Below are positions 11,791 through 21,387 of a DNA stretch of 64,000 bases, one piece after another. The notes under the pieces are model-generated. The model saw only the letters and a program-made list of their open reading frames with translations, made no database searches and was not told the DNA's origin. A program made the translations under genes and the position numbers. Source of the DNA: Alphaproteobacteria bacterium (GTDB lineage: Bacteria; Pseudomonadota; Alphaproteobacteria; JAAXGF01); the NCBI GenBank assembly GCA_963555825.3, contig CAUVXB020000001.1, positions 800,001-864,000 on the forward strand, written 5' to 3'. The first letter of the stretch is position 1, and every line of letters starts with the position of its first letter.

Positions 11791-12776
11791 CACGCGGCCT
11801 GTCGATCGATCAGCGGGGTGTAGAACGCGTCGATCGCCTGGCGCACCGCTTCGGCCTCGGCGATCCGATTGACCGTAGCGCGGAATTCGGCCGACCCCGG
11901 CAATCCCTTGCTGTACCAGGCGAAGTGCTTGCGGGCCATGCGCACGGCGTGTTCGTGCCCATAATGGACCAGCATGTCCTCAAACTGCTCGATCATCATG
12001 GCGAGTTGGGTCGCAAGCGTCGGGTTGGCGAGCCGTTCACCGGTGCGCAGGAAGTGGGCCACCTGGCGCAGGAACCAGGGACGGCCATAGCAGCCCCGGC
12101 CGATCATCACGCCATCGGCCCCGGAAAGCTCGAGGGCCGACGACACGTCGTCCAGGCTGGTGATGTCGCCGTTGACGACGACCGGGATCGTCACCGCCTC
12201 CTTGACGCGCCGTACGAAGTCCCAATCGGCGCTGCCGCGGTAGAGCTGGCAACGCGTGCGGCCGTGCACCGAGACCATGCGGATGCCGCTGTCCTCGGCG
12301 ATGCGCGCGATGTGCGGCGCGTTGCGGTTGTCGTCGTCCCATCCGGTGCGGATCTTCAGCGTGACCGGCAAATCGACCGCGCTGACCGTCGCCGCCAGGA
12401 TGCGGCCCGCGTGGACCTCGTCGCGCATCAGTGCCGAGCCGGCGTGGCCGTTGACAACCTTCTTCACCGGGCATCCCATGTTGATGTCGATGAGCGCGGC
12501 GCCCCGATCCCGATTGAGCTTGGCCGCCTCGGCCATGATACCGGGCTCGCAGCCGGCGAGCTGGACCGCCATTGGCTGCTCGTCAACGCAGCTCGTCGCC
12601 ATGGTCATGGTGCGCCGCGTTTCGCGAACCATCGCCTGGCTTGCGATCATCTCCGAGACCACGAGTCCCGCGCCACACCGCTTGACGAGGCGGCGGAACG
12701 GCAGGTCGGTGACGCCGGACATCGGCGCCAGAATGACGGGGTCGGCAAGCGTGACCGAACCGATTGTAATGGTCAT
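11790..12776 (-). CDS. dusB: tRNA dihydrouridine synthase DusB (NifR3)
   Basis: [22 protein letters not shown]; canonical dusB-ntrBC order. Confidence 0.96.
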   Translation of the reverse strand: MTITIGSVTLADPVILAPMSGVTDLPFRRLVKRCGAGLVVSEMIASQAMVRETRRTMTMATSCVDEQPMAVQLAGCEPGIMAEAAKLNRDRGAALIDINMGCPVKKVVNGHAGSALMRDEVHAGRILAATVSAVDLPVTLKIRTGWDDDNRNAPHIARIAEDSGIRMVSVHGRTRCQLYRGSADWDFVRRVKEAVTIPVVVNGDITSLDDVSSALELSGADGVMIGRGCYGRPWFLRQVAHFLRTGERLANPTLATQLAMMIEQFEDMLVHYGHEHAVRMARKHFAWYSKGLPGSAEFRATVNRIAEAEAVRQAIDAFYTPLIDRQAA

Positions 12777-12798
12777 GGCGAAGGCAGTCGGTTATCTG

Positions 12799-12815
12799 TG
12801 CTCAAAATTTGGGCA
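12799..12815. promoter_or_regulatory. Putative NtrC (or Fis-type) binding site
   Basis: TGCTC-AAAATTT-GGGCA, a 17-bp GC-N11-GC dyad about 22 bp upstream of the dusB-ntrBC start. Confidence 0.6.
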
Positions 12816-12883
12816 AATCTAGGGGGTGTCGCGCGTCGACGCAAGCCCGATTCCCCGGACTGGCCGGGTTGCGGTCTATACCA

Positions 12884-12935
12884 CGATATTTCTGCCACCA
12901 AGACGTCGGCGATATTTATGCCACCAAGACGTCGG
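12884..12935. repeat. 26-bp tandem duplication overlapping the 3' end of the ccsA-like gene
   Basis: cgatattt(c/a)tgccaccaagacgtcgg x2, one mismatch. Confidence 0.85.
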
Positions 12936-13716
12936 TGACGAATTTGACGCCGGGATAGGCCAAGGTCAGCAAGAGATAGGCCAGCAATACATAGCGCGCG
13001 GCGCGGCGGCCACGCACACCGGTACGCCGATGGGCGTACAGCAGGGCGCCGATGACGACGAAGGCGAGGATCGAAAACAACGACTTGTGATCGAGATCGA
13101 TAAATCGCCCGTCTTCGATGAACTGCGTCCCGATACCGGTCACGAGCCCCGCCCCGAGCACTAGTTCGCTGAGTACCAACAGGCGAAACTGCAAGTTTTC
13201 GGCATCGACCACGGCAGGCAGAATTAGGTTAAAGAGGACGGTTTCCTTACGTTTTAGGGCGCGTTCCTGCAGAACCACGGCGAGCCCGGCGACCGCCGCG
13301 ATGGTCAGCATCGCGTACGTTAGGATGGACGCGAAGATATGCACGCCGAGCCAACTCGACGGCGCGGCCTCGGTGAGCGGGCGCTCTGGCGCCTGCACCC
13401 AAACCAGGGCGAGCGCCCCGAGCAGTACGAGATAGGGCATCAGCAAGGGTCCGAGCCGGCGTGCATTCGGCCACACCAGCGAAACCAGGATGAAGATGCC
13501 CAGGCTCGCGGCGACGCTGATCCACAGCGCGGCCGAGAGTCCCGTGCGCCAGCCGTCTTCCATCAAGTGAGAAAGCTCGATGAGGGCGCATAACAGCGCG
13601 ATGAGCAGTGAAAGCCAGAACACCACGTCGGCCCGCTCGGCGCCGCGCGGGCGGATCAGCGCGACGACCAGGATCGCCACGAGTGGGACGAAGTCGACTA
13701 TGCCTGCATTAGCCAT
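12916..13716 (-). CDS. Cytochrome c assembly family membrane protein (CcsA/YpjD-like)
   Basis: Multi-TM; HIFASILTYA, QERALK, DHKSLFS, LAYPGVKFV. Confidence 0.85.
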   Translation of the reverse strand: MANAGIVDFVPLVAILVVALIRPRGAERADVVFWLSLLIALLCALIELSHLMEDGWRTGLSAALWISVAASLGIFILVSLVWPNARRLGPLLMPYLVLLGALALVWVQAPERPLTEAAPSSWLGVHIFASILTYAMLTIAAVAGLAVVLQERALKRKETVLFNLILPAVVDAENLQFRLLVLSELVLGAGLVTGIGTQFIEDGRFIDLDHKSLFSILAFVVIGALLYAHRRTGVRGRRAARYVLLAYLLLTLAYPGVKFVTDVLVA

Positions 13717-13789
13717 GGCCACATTATATCGTTCACGCGCAATGTTGCCCAGCACGCCGGCAACCTTGGCAATCAACCAAGTGAGGTCG

Positions 13790-14060
13790 AGCCCGGACTT
13801 CTCACCATGGACGGGTGCGGCACGGCGGATATCGGCCGACAGGCTAGGAAAAGCTCGCCGCGCGATGCTTGCGCATCGGGCAAGCGCTTTGACGCCGCCT
13901 GTCGTCCGAGATCCGCCGCCCTTCGGGTCGCGCCGGGCGGGCCGCCCGCGGCGTCGAAGACCTTGACCGTGGCCCAGGCCACGCTCGGCGGCCTTCTCCT
14001 GGCGGAATCGGCTCCGCCCGACGCGATGACGCGCCTGTCCATGGTGAGAAATCCGGGCTA
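13790..14060 (-). mobile_element. ~270-bp structured inverted-repeat element, copy A1
   Basis: TIR agcccggaYttctcaccatggac; central gacccgaagggcggc on the minus strand at 13915-13929; close homologue of 20849-21387. Confidence 0.85.
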
Positions 14061-14094
14061 GGCTGCGCCGCGACGCGGTTCACGGGATAGCGAA

Positions 14095-15249
14095 ATGACC
14101 CAGACCATCGCGCTCGTCGTGGCGGCCGGCCGCGGGCACCGGATCGGCGGCGAGACGCCCAAGCAATATTGCGAGGTGGCTGGCCAGTCGTTGCTGCGCC
14201 ATTGCACCAGCGCCCTCGTCCGACACCCGGCCATCGACGCGGTGCGCGTGGTCATCCACCCCGACGATCGCGCCCTGTACGACGACGCGGTGGCGGGCCT
14301 CGGCCTGCTCGATCCGGTCGACGGTGGCGCGGCGCGCCAGGATTCGGTCCGTCTGGGCCTCGAAAGCCTCGCGGCAGTGCGGCCCGATCGCGTGCTGATC
14401 CATGACGCGGCGCGCCCGGCGGTCGACGCGCGGCTGGTCGATCGCGTGATCGCCGCGCTCGACGACGCACCCGGCGCTATCCCTGCCCTGCCAGTCAGCG
14501 ACAGCCTCAAGCGCGCGAACGGCGACCGGCGCATCACCGGTGTCGTCGATCGAAACGGCCTATGGCGCGCGCAGACGCCACAGGGTTTTCGATTCGCCGA
14601 TCTGCTCGACGCCCACCGCGCCGCCGCCGGCCAGGAATTTACCGACGACGCGGCGGTCGCCGATGCGGCCGGACTGACCGTCAGTTTGGTCGATGGCTCG
14701 GCCGACAACATCAAGGTCACGACAGAGGATGATTTCGCGCGCGCCGAGCGGCTGCTCGGCGGTCAGTCGGAGACCCGCGTCGGCATGGGTTTCGACGTTC
14801 ACGCGTTCGAGCCCGGCGATCACGTCGTTCTGTGCGGTGTCCGCATCGCGCACCAGGCGGGTCTCGCCGGGCACTCGGACGCCGATGTCGGCTTGCATGC
14901 GTTGGTCGACGCCGTTCTTGGCGCGCTTGGCGCCGGCGATATCGGCGAGCATTTTCCGCCGTCCGACCCAGCCTGGCAGGGCGCCGATTCGGGCCGCTTC
15001 GCGATGCATGTCCGACAGATGGTCGCGGACGCCGGCGGCGCGATCGCCAACCTCGATGTGACGCTCGCCTGCGAAGCGCCCAAGCTCGCCGTCCACCGCG
15101 CCGCGATGGTCGCCCGCGTCGCCGAATTGTTCGGCGCGCCGACATCGCGCGTCAGTGTCAAGGCGACGACGACCGAACGCCTCGGCTTCCTGGGCCGCGG
15201 CGAGGGCATTGCGGCGCTTGCCGTCGCGACTCTCAGGCTGCGCGCGTAG
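14095..15249 (+). CDS. ispDF: Bifunctional IspD/IspF
   Basis: AAGRGHR..PKQY, HDAARP, AQTPQGF, GFDVH, GHSDADV, KATTTE. Confidence 0.96.
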   Translation: MTQTIALVVAAGRGHRIGGETPKQYCEVAGQSLLRHCTSALVRHPAIDAVRVVIHPDDRALYDDAVAGLGLLDPVDGGAARQDSVRLGLESLAAVRPDRVLIHDAARPAVDARLVDRVIAALDDAPGAIPALPVSDSLKRANGDRRITGVVDRNGLWRAQTPQGFRFADLLDAHRAAAGQEFTDDAAVADAAGLTVSLVDGSADNIKVTTEDDFARAERLLGGQSETRVGMGFDVHAFEPGDHVVLCGVRIAHQAGLAGHSDADVGLHALVDAVLGALGAGDIGEHFPPSDPAWQGADSGRFAMHVRQMVADAGGAIANLDVTLACEAPKLAVHRAAMVARVAELFGAPTSRVSVKATTTERLGFLGRGEGIAALAVATLRLRA

Positions 15250-15250
15250 C

Positions 15251-15745
15251 ATGAGCGACGCGCCGGGCTTGCCGCCGGAGGTCGAGTTCTGGCGGCCGCC
15301 GACGCTCGTTGCGACCTGGTTCGGTATCGGCCTGCTGCCGTTGGCGCCCGGCACTTGGGGCTCGATTTCGGCGTTGCCGATCGCCTGGTACCTGCATGCC
15401 GCTTTCGGCGCTTGGGCGGTCGTGCTCGCCGCGGTCGTGGTGTTCGCAATCGGCTGGTGGGCGTCCGAGAATTTCGCCAAGCGCGGCTACACGTCCGATC
15501 CGTCGTATATCGTGGTCGACGAGGTCGCCGGCCAATTGGTCGCGCTCGCGCCCGTGGCGCTCGATCCGCTGTTCTACGCCATCGCCTTGATCGGTTTTCG
15601 CGTCTTCGACATCATGAAGCCCTGGCCGGTCGGTTGGGCCGACCGCGAGGTCAAGGGCGGCCTCGGCGTCATGCTCGACGACCTGCTGGCCGGCGTCTAC
15701 GTTGCGGCAATCTTGATCATCGCGACGCGGCTCAATTCCGGGTGA
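15251..15745 (+). CDS. pgpA: Phosphatidylglycerophosphatase A
   Basis: APGTWGS, DPSYIVVDEVAG, FRVFDIMKPWP, GVMLDD. Confidence 0.93.
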   Translation: MSDAPGLPPEVEFWRPPTLVATWFGIGLLPLAPGTWGSISALPIAWYLHAAFGAWAVVLAAVVVFAIGWWASENFAKRGYTSDPSYIVVDEVAGQLVALAPVALDPLFYAIALIGFRVFDIMKPWPVGWADREVKGGLGVMLDDLLAGVYVAAILIIATRLNSG

Positions 15746-15750
15746 GGTGG

Positions 15751-16257
15751 ATGGTGTTCGACGAGACGATCCACGCCAAGGCGCGACGCGTACTCGAGGC
15801 CTGCCGCGCCGCCGGCGTCATGCTGGTGACCGCGGAATCCTGTACCGGCGGGCTGGTTGCCGGCGCGCTGACCGAAATCGCCGGCTCGTCCGACGTCGTC
15901 GATCGCGGTTTCGTCACCTATTCCAACGAGGCCAAGTCCGAGATGCTCGACGTACCGACCGATTTGATCGAGGCGCAGGACGCGGTCAGCGAACCGGTCG
16001 CCCGCGCCATGGCCCAAGGCGCGCTGGCCCGCGCGGCGCCAAAGGCCCAGCTGAGCGTCGCGGTGACCGGCGTCGCCGGTCCGGGCAGCGACAGCCAGTC
16101 GAAGCCCGCCGGCCTGGTCCATATCGCCGCCGCACAAACCGGCAAGGACGTCATCCACGAGATGCGCGAATTCGGCGACGTCGGCCGTGACGCCGTCCGG
16201 CTTGCGGCGGTCGAAGTGGCGCTCGACTTGATCCTCAGGCGATTGGCCGAGGGCTGA
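15751..16257 (+). CDS. cinA: CinA C-terminal / NMN deamidase (PncC-like)
   Basis: TAESCTGG, GFVTYSNEAK, VTGVAGPG. Confidence 0.9.
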   Translation: MVFDETIHAKARRVLEACRAAGVMLVTAESCTGGLVAGALTEIAGSSDVVDRGFVTYSNEAKSEMLDVPTDLIEAQDAVSEPVARAMAQGALARAAPKAQLSVAVTGVAGPGSDSQSKPAGLVHIAAAQTGKDVIHEMREFGDVGRDAVRLAAVEVALDLILRRLAEG

Positions 16258-16267
16258 GGCGCGCAGC

Positions 16268-17131
16268 TCAATACGGGACGTCGCCCTCGATCGTCGTGCG
16301 CCACATGACGCGGCGGTACTTCTCGGCGTCGTAGGCGGTGGCGGTGTGCAGCATGCAGCGGTTGTCCCACACGACCAGATCGCCGACGCGCCACTTGTGG
16401 CGGTAGACGAATTGCGGCTGCGTGGCGTGGTCGGCCAAACGGCGGATCAGCTTGCGGCCTTCGTCTTCGGATTGCCCCTCGACCCGCTCGATCACCTCGG
16501 GCGCGACGTAGAGCGATTTGCGCCCGGTTACCGGATGGGTGCGCGCGATCGGTTGCGCAATCGGTGGCGCCTCGCGACGCTGCGCCTCGGTCATCGGCGC
16601 CCGCGTCGGGTCCTGGGTGCGCAGATGCCTGTCCATCGCTTCGAAACTGTGGATCGCGCGCAGACCGTCGATGCGCGCCTTCTCGTCATCGGGCAACGCG
16701 TCATAGGCGGCTTGCGCGCCGGCGAATTTGGTGTCGCCGCCTTCGGGCGGCGTCTCGACGCAATAGAACAGCGAGCCGAGGCTGGGCCGTGGCATGTAGC
16801 AGCGGTCGGTGTGCCATTCCTCGTCGACGTTGACGAACAGCGAGACCAGGCGCCCGTCTTCGATGACATTGCCGACGACGATGATCTCGGGATAGCCGGC
16901 GAGCTGGTATTGCCGGTCGATATGGACGTCGATCTTGCCGAAGTTGCGGCTGAAATCGATCAACGCCTCGGGCGTCAGGTGCTGGCCGCGAAACAGCAGG
17001 ACGCCGTGCGCGTGGAAGGCGTCGAGTACGGCGCCGAAGGTCGCCGGATCGACGGGGCGCGCGGTGTCGACACCGCCGATCTCGATCCCGAATGCGTCGG
17101 TCAGCGGCCGTGTTTGGATCGTTCCTGTCAT
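16268..17131 (-). CDS. TauD/TfdA-family Fe(II)/2-oxoglutarate dioxygenase
   Basis: WHTD, GGDTKF, HPVTGRKSLY, VWDNRCMLH. Confidence 0.92.
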   Translation of the reverse strand: MTGTIQTRPLTDAFGIEIGGVDTARPVDPATFGAVLDAFHAHGVLLFRGQHLTPEALIDFSRNFGKIDVHIDRQYQLAGYPEIIVVGNVIEDGRLVSLFVNVDEEWHTDRCYMPRPSLGSLFYCVETPPEGGDTKFAGAQAAYDALPDDEKARIDGLRAIHSFEAMDRHLRTQDPTRAPMTEAQRREAPPIAQPIARTHPVTGRKSLYVAPEVIERVEGQSEDEGRKLIRRLADHATQPQFVYRHKWRVGDLVVWDNRCMLHTATAYDAEKYRRVMWRTTIEGDVPY

Positions 17132-17273
17132 GACTGGCCATTCTGACAACTTCCGGCCACTTCGTCACCATTGCGTGAGGATGAGCCGCGCCGCTTGATA
17201 CGGCCGACAAAGCGGGCTTTGATGGGGCGAGCGCGAACCGACGCCGATAACGTCAGTCGAGGTCGCCAAGTCG

Positions 17274-17564
17274 TTGCGCAAGACGCTTTTGTCCAGCACC
17301 GTCGTTCCACTCGCGGTGAGCGTCGGCCTGGGACTTGCCACGGCCGGCTGCGCCACCGACCAGAACGCCGCGCCGCAAAAGAAGATCGGCTACATGTGCA
17401 GCCCGACGATGATCTGCGGCCCCAACGAGCCGTGGGGCAAGCAGTCAGCCTGCAACCCGTGCAATCCCTGCGCCGCCGCAAACCCGTGCGCCCCGTGCAA
17501 TCCCTGCGCGGTTGCCGCGGGTTGCAACCCCTGCAATCCCTGTAACCCTTGCGCGGCGAACTGA
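17274..17564 (+). CDS. Small cysteine-rich lipoprotein with CNPC repeats
   Basis: Signal peptide ending LATAGC; C-terminal tail with 10 Cys in (N/A)PC units encoded by varied synonymous codons; TTG start uncertain. Confidence 0.7.
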   Translation: MRKTLLSSTVVPLAVSVGLGLATAGCATDQNAAPQKKIGYMCSPTMICGPNEPWGKQSACNPCNPCAAANPCAPCNPCAVAAGCNPCNPCNPCAAN

Positions 17565-17602
17565 ACAGGCGCGAATATTGACGATGGTCGTGCACCTTCG
17601 CG

Positions 17603-18121
17603 TCACGGCGCACGCCCAAGACAGACGAGATCGCGATCGCGCCAGCGGCGCCGCGCGACGGTCTCGAAGCCGCACCGACGATAGAATCCGACGTTGCGCG
17701 CGCCTTCGGCGGTGACGGCATGGACACCGCTAAGGCCCTCCCCCCGGCAGTCGTCCAGGAAGCCCGCGACCAACCGACCGCCGATGCCGTGGTTGCGATG
17801 GTCCGGATGGCAATTGACGTGGAAATGCGCGGGATAGGCGTCGAATTGCGCCTCGAAGACGGCGTAGGTCGCGATGTCCGTGTAGAGGCGCTTCGCCGCC
17901 CTGCTATCACGACACCCCATCAGGTAGCCGGCGACGCGTTCGTCCGGTGTGAGACATAGATAAATTCCGTCGGGTTCGCTCTCGCGGTAATAGCCTGTCC
18001 AGGCGTCGAGGAAGCGTTGGCGCGCGTCGTCGCTGTCGAACGATTGCACCGACGACGAAAGGAAGAAAATCTCCTCGATCATCGGCCATGCGTCGGGGAC
18101 GTCGGCCAGGCCGACGATCAT
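17603..18121 (-). CDS. GNAT-family acetyltransferase
   Basis: HFHVNCHPDHRNHGIGGRLV, NVGFYRRCGF; start overlaps the SDR stop (ATGA). Confidence 0.85.
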   Translation of the reverse strand: MIVGLADVPDAWPMIEEIFFLSSSVQSFDSDDARQRFLDAWTGYYRESEPDGIYLCLTPDERVAGYLMGCRDSRAAKRLYTDIATYAVFEAQFDAYPAHFHVNCHPDHRNHGIGGRLVAGFLDDCRGEGLSGVHAVTAEGARNVGFYRRCGFETVARRRWRDRDLVCLGRAP

Positions 18122-18885
18122 CGGTGGCCGACGATGAAGCCACCGCCCGAGGCGTCGATGCAGGCGCCCGAGATGAAAGACGCGGCGTCGGAGAGCAACC
18201 ACAGGATCGGCCGGGCGATCTCGTCCGCCGTCGCGAACCGACCCATCGCGATGGTTCCGGCGATGTCCGCCTGAACCTCGGGGTCGGTGTGCCGGTCCGC
18301 GGTCATGTCGGTGATCGTCATGCCCGGGCGCACGGCGTTGACGCGGATGCCCTCGCGGCCGACCTCCTTGGCGAGACCGATGGTATAGGCGTCGACCGCG
18401 GCCTTCGAGGCGGCGTAGTGGCCCGCCCCGGCGCGCCCGCCGATCGTCGCGGCCATCGACGAGACGTTGACGATGGCGCCGCCTGTGCCGCCCTGCACCG
18501 TCGACATGCAGCGCACCGCCGCGCGGCAGCACAGCATGGTGCCCAGCACGTTGACGTTGAACAGCCTGGCGATTTCCCCCGCGTCGCTCTCGGCAGTGGT
18601 GCGCTTGCCGAACGAGACGCCGGCGTTGTTGACTAGCGCCGTCGGTGGCCCGAGCCGCGCCTCGACCTCGGCGAACAGCCGCGTGACGTCGCCGACCACC
18701 GCGACGTCGCCCTGGAATGCCGCCGCCGCCCCGCCCGCCATGACGATGTCGGCGACGACCGCTTCCGCGGCGTCGGCGCGCTCGCGATAGTTGACCGCGA
18801 CGGCATAGCCCTCGGCCGCCGCGAGCCGCGCCGTCGCCGCGCCGATGCCACGCGAGCCGCCGGTGATGAGAAGAACGCCCGTCAT
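18118..18885 (-). CDS. Short-chain dehydrogenase/reductase
   Basis: TGGSRGIG, NNAG, YAASK. Confidence 0.93.
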   Translation of the reverse strand: MTGVLLITGGSRGIGAATARLAAAEGYAVAVNYRERADAAEAVVADIVMAGGAAAAFQGDVAVVGDVTRLFAEVEARLGPPTALVNNAGVSFGKRTTAESDAGEIARLFNVNVLGTMLCCRAAVRCMSTVQGGTGGAIVNVSSMAATIGGRAGAGHYAASKAAVDAYTIGLAKEVGREGIRVNAVRPGMTITDMTADRHTDPEVQADIAGTIAMGRFATADEIARPILWLLSDAASFISGACIDASGGGFIVGHR

Positions 18886-18967
18886 GGCGCCAGCGTAGCG
18901 TCTCGATGCGTGGAGTCCAGACGTGTAAGCTGCCGCCACGAACCGAATTCATCACCGGGAGGACCCC

Positions 18968-19456
18968 ATGGCGAACAAGCCACCCATCGTCAACTTCGCC
19001 GAGGCCAAGCGCCAGACCTTCGGTCACGGCGAGGCGTTCAAGGCGACCACCGCACGCATCGGCGCCGAGCTCGGCGTCGAACAGATCGGCTGCACCCTGG
19101 TCGAGCTCGAGCCCGGCAAGCGCGCCTGGCCCTACCACCTGCACTACGCCGAGGAGGAAATGTTCGTCATCCTCGAGGGTCAGGGCACGATCCGCTATGA
19201 CGGCGAGAAATACCCGGTGCGCGAGGGTGACGTGATCTTCACGCCGACCGGACCCGGCACCGCGCATCAGATCATCAATACTTCGGACGCGCCGCTGCGC
19301 TATTTGGCGCTGAGTTCGCGCGCCGACGCCGAGATCGCCGTGTATCCCGATTCGGGCAAGATCGGCGCCTATGGCAGGACCGACGACATCTTCGCGTTCC
19401 TGGCGCCCGCGAGCGCCGAGGTCGACTATTTCGATGGCGAGGACGGCGAGCCGTAG
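18968..19456 (+). CDS. Cupin-domain protein
   Basis: WPYHLHYAEEEMFVILEG..AHQ..YPDSGK. Confidence 0.88.
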   Translation: MANKPPIVNFAEAKRQTFGHGEAFKATTARIGAELGVEQIGCTLVELEPGKRAWPYHLHYAEEEMFVILEGQGTIRYDGEKYPVREGDVIFTPTGPGTAHQIINTSDAPLRYLALSSRADAEIAVYPDSGKIGAYGRTDDIFAFLAPASAEVDYFDGEDGEP

Positions 19457-19878
19457 AGTTTCCTTGCGCGCACCTCGAAGGCCGAGACCATGCGGCGGAC
19501 GGCCTCGTTGAACAGCGCGCCGATGGCCATCTGAAGGATAGCCGAGCGGAACTCGAAGTCGACGTAGAAGTCGATCATCGTGCCGCCGTCGTCCTGGGCG
19601 ATGAAGCGCCAGTGGTTGTCGAGGCGGCGCATCGGCCCCTCGATGTATTCGACGTCGATGCGGTCGGGGCGGTCGAGCGTCACCCTCGAGGCGAAGCGCT
19701 CGCGGAACAGCTTGAAGCCGATAACCAGATCGGCGTGGATCACATCGCCCTCGCGCTTGGTGATGCGCGACGCGCGGCACCAGGGCAGGAATTCCGGATA
19801 GCGCTCGACGTCGGCGACCAGCTCGAACAGCTGGTCGGGCGTATAGGGCAGCACCCGCTGCTCGGCATGGCTGGACAT
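19426..19878 (-). CDS. RatA/COQ10 START-domain protein
   Basis: LVADVERYPEFLPWC; usual position after lipA. Confidence 0.92.
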   Translation of the reverse strand: MSSHAEQRVLPYTPDQLFELVADVERYPEFLPWCRASRITKREGDVIHADLVIGFKLFRERFASRVTLDRPDRIDVEYIEGPMRRLDNHWRFIAQDDGGTMIDFYVDFEFRSAILQMAIGALFNEAVRRMVSAFEVRARKLYGSPSSPSK

Positions 19879-19896
19879 GGGCGGTTATACCAAGTA

Positions 19897-20844
19897 TTAG
19901 CCGGCGGCGAGCCGCTCCTCGCGCGCGGCGCGCAGCTTCTCGAAGTCGTCGCCGGCGTGATACGACGAACGCGTCAGCGGCGACGACGAGACCATCGCGA
20001 AGCCCTTGCCGCGCGCCATCGCCGCGAAGGCCTCGAACTCGTCGGGCGTGACGAAACGCTCGATCGCGGCGTGCTTGACGGTCGGCTGCAGGTACTGGCC
20101 GATGGTCAGGAAATCAACCTGCGCCGCGCGCAGATCGTCCATTACCTGGTGAACCTCTTCCGGCGTCTCGCCGAGGCCGACCATCAGGCCCGATTTGGTG
20201 AACATCGCCGGGTCGAGCCGTTTGACCCGGTGCAACAATTCCAGGCTGGTGAAATAGCGCGCGCCGGGCCGGATCGTCGGATAGAGCCGCGGCACGGTTT
20301 CGAGGTTGTGGTTGAAGACGTCGGGCCGGGCCTGGACCACCGTCTCGATGGCGCCTTCCTTGGCCATGAAATCGGGCGTCAGCACCTCGACGGTGGTGCC
20401 GGGCGACAGCTCGCGCACGCAGCCGATCATCTCGGCGAAATGCGCGGCGCCGCCGTCGTCGAGGTCGTCGCGGTCGACGCTGGTCACCACCATGTGCACA
20501 AGCCCCAGCTTGGCCGCCACGAGACCGGTGTTGAACGGTTCCAACGGGTCGAGCGGCCCGGGCTTGCCGGTGATCACGTTGCAGAACGAGCAGGCGCGCG
20601 TGCAGGTGTCGCCCATCATCATCACGGTGGCGTGCTTCTTCTCCCAGCATTCGCCGATGTTGGGGCAGCCGGCCTCCTCGCAGACGGTGTGCAGGTTGTG
20701 CTCGCGGACGATGTCGCGGGTCTCGACGTAGCCCTTCGAGACCGGCGCCTTGACGCGGATCCAGGCGGGCTTGCGCCGAATCGGGTTGTCCGGCCGGTTG
20801 CGCTTCTCAGGATGGCGCAGCGTGACGGGCGGTGCCGTGTTCAT
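19897..20844 (-). CDS. lipA: Lipoyl synthase
   Basis: [26 protein letters not shown]. Confidence 0.97.
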   Translation of the reverse strand: MNTAPPVTLRHPEKRNRPDNPIRRKPAWIRVKAPVSKGYVETRDIVREHNLHTVCEEAGCPNIGECWEKKHATVMMMGDTCTRACSFCNVITGKPGPLDPLEPFNTGLVAAKLGLVHMVVTSVDRDDLDDGGAAHFAEMIGCVRELSPGTTVEVLTPDFMAKEGAIETVVQARPDVFNHNLETVPRLYPTIRPGARYFTSLELLHRVKRLDPAMFTKSGLMVGLGETPEEVHQVMDDLRAAQVDFLTIGQYLQPTVKHAAIERFVTPDEFEAFAAMARGKGFAMVSSSPLTRSSYHAGDDFEKLRAAREERLAAG

Positions 20845-20848
20845 GGCC

Positions 20849-21387
20849 TAGCCCGGACTTCTCACTATGGACAGGCGCGTCATCGCGTCGGGCGGTCGCC
20901 GAGCCGCCAGGAGAAGGTCGCGGACCGTGGCCCGGGCCACGGTCAAGGCCTTCGACGCCGCGGGCGGCCCGCCCGGCGCGACCCGCAGGGCGACGGATCT
21001 CGGGCGACAGGCCGCGTCAAAGCGCTTGCCCGATGCGCGAGTACTCACTTGCACGATGCCACGGTACGTAGGACGGCCGTGCGTGGTCGTCCGGCAAGGC
21101 GCCCGGCGCGCCGTGATGCTGGGCGCATCACAAGCGCCGGGCAACGCCGCCGGCGGCCGCGCAAGGCCGCCCTGCGGGTCGCGTTTCCCGTCCCCTCGGG
21201 GCGTCGGGAACGCTCTGCGATGCCACGGCATCGCCGTCACGCCCCCGACTGCCGAGGAAACGGGAAACGCGATCCTACGTGCCGTGGAATCGTGCAAGGG
21301 AGTACTGGCATCGCGCCGCACGCTTTTCCTAGCCTGTCGTCCGATATCCACCGTGCCGCACCTGTCCATAGTGAGAAGGCCGGGCTA
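20849..21387 (+). mobile_element. Structured inverted-repeat element copy A2 (carries nested copy B)
   Basis: TIR tagccc/gg..ttctcactatggacagg; core gacccgcagggcg at 20980; right end overlaps the lpdA TAG stop. Confidence 0.85.
21040..21306 (-). mobile_element. Structured inverted-repeat element copy B, nested in A2
   Basis: TIR agtactcMcttgcacgatKccacggYacgtagga; core on the minus strand at 21166-21180; absent from copy A1. Confidence 0.85.
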
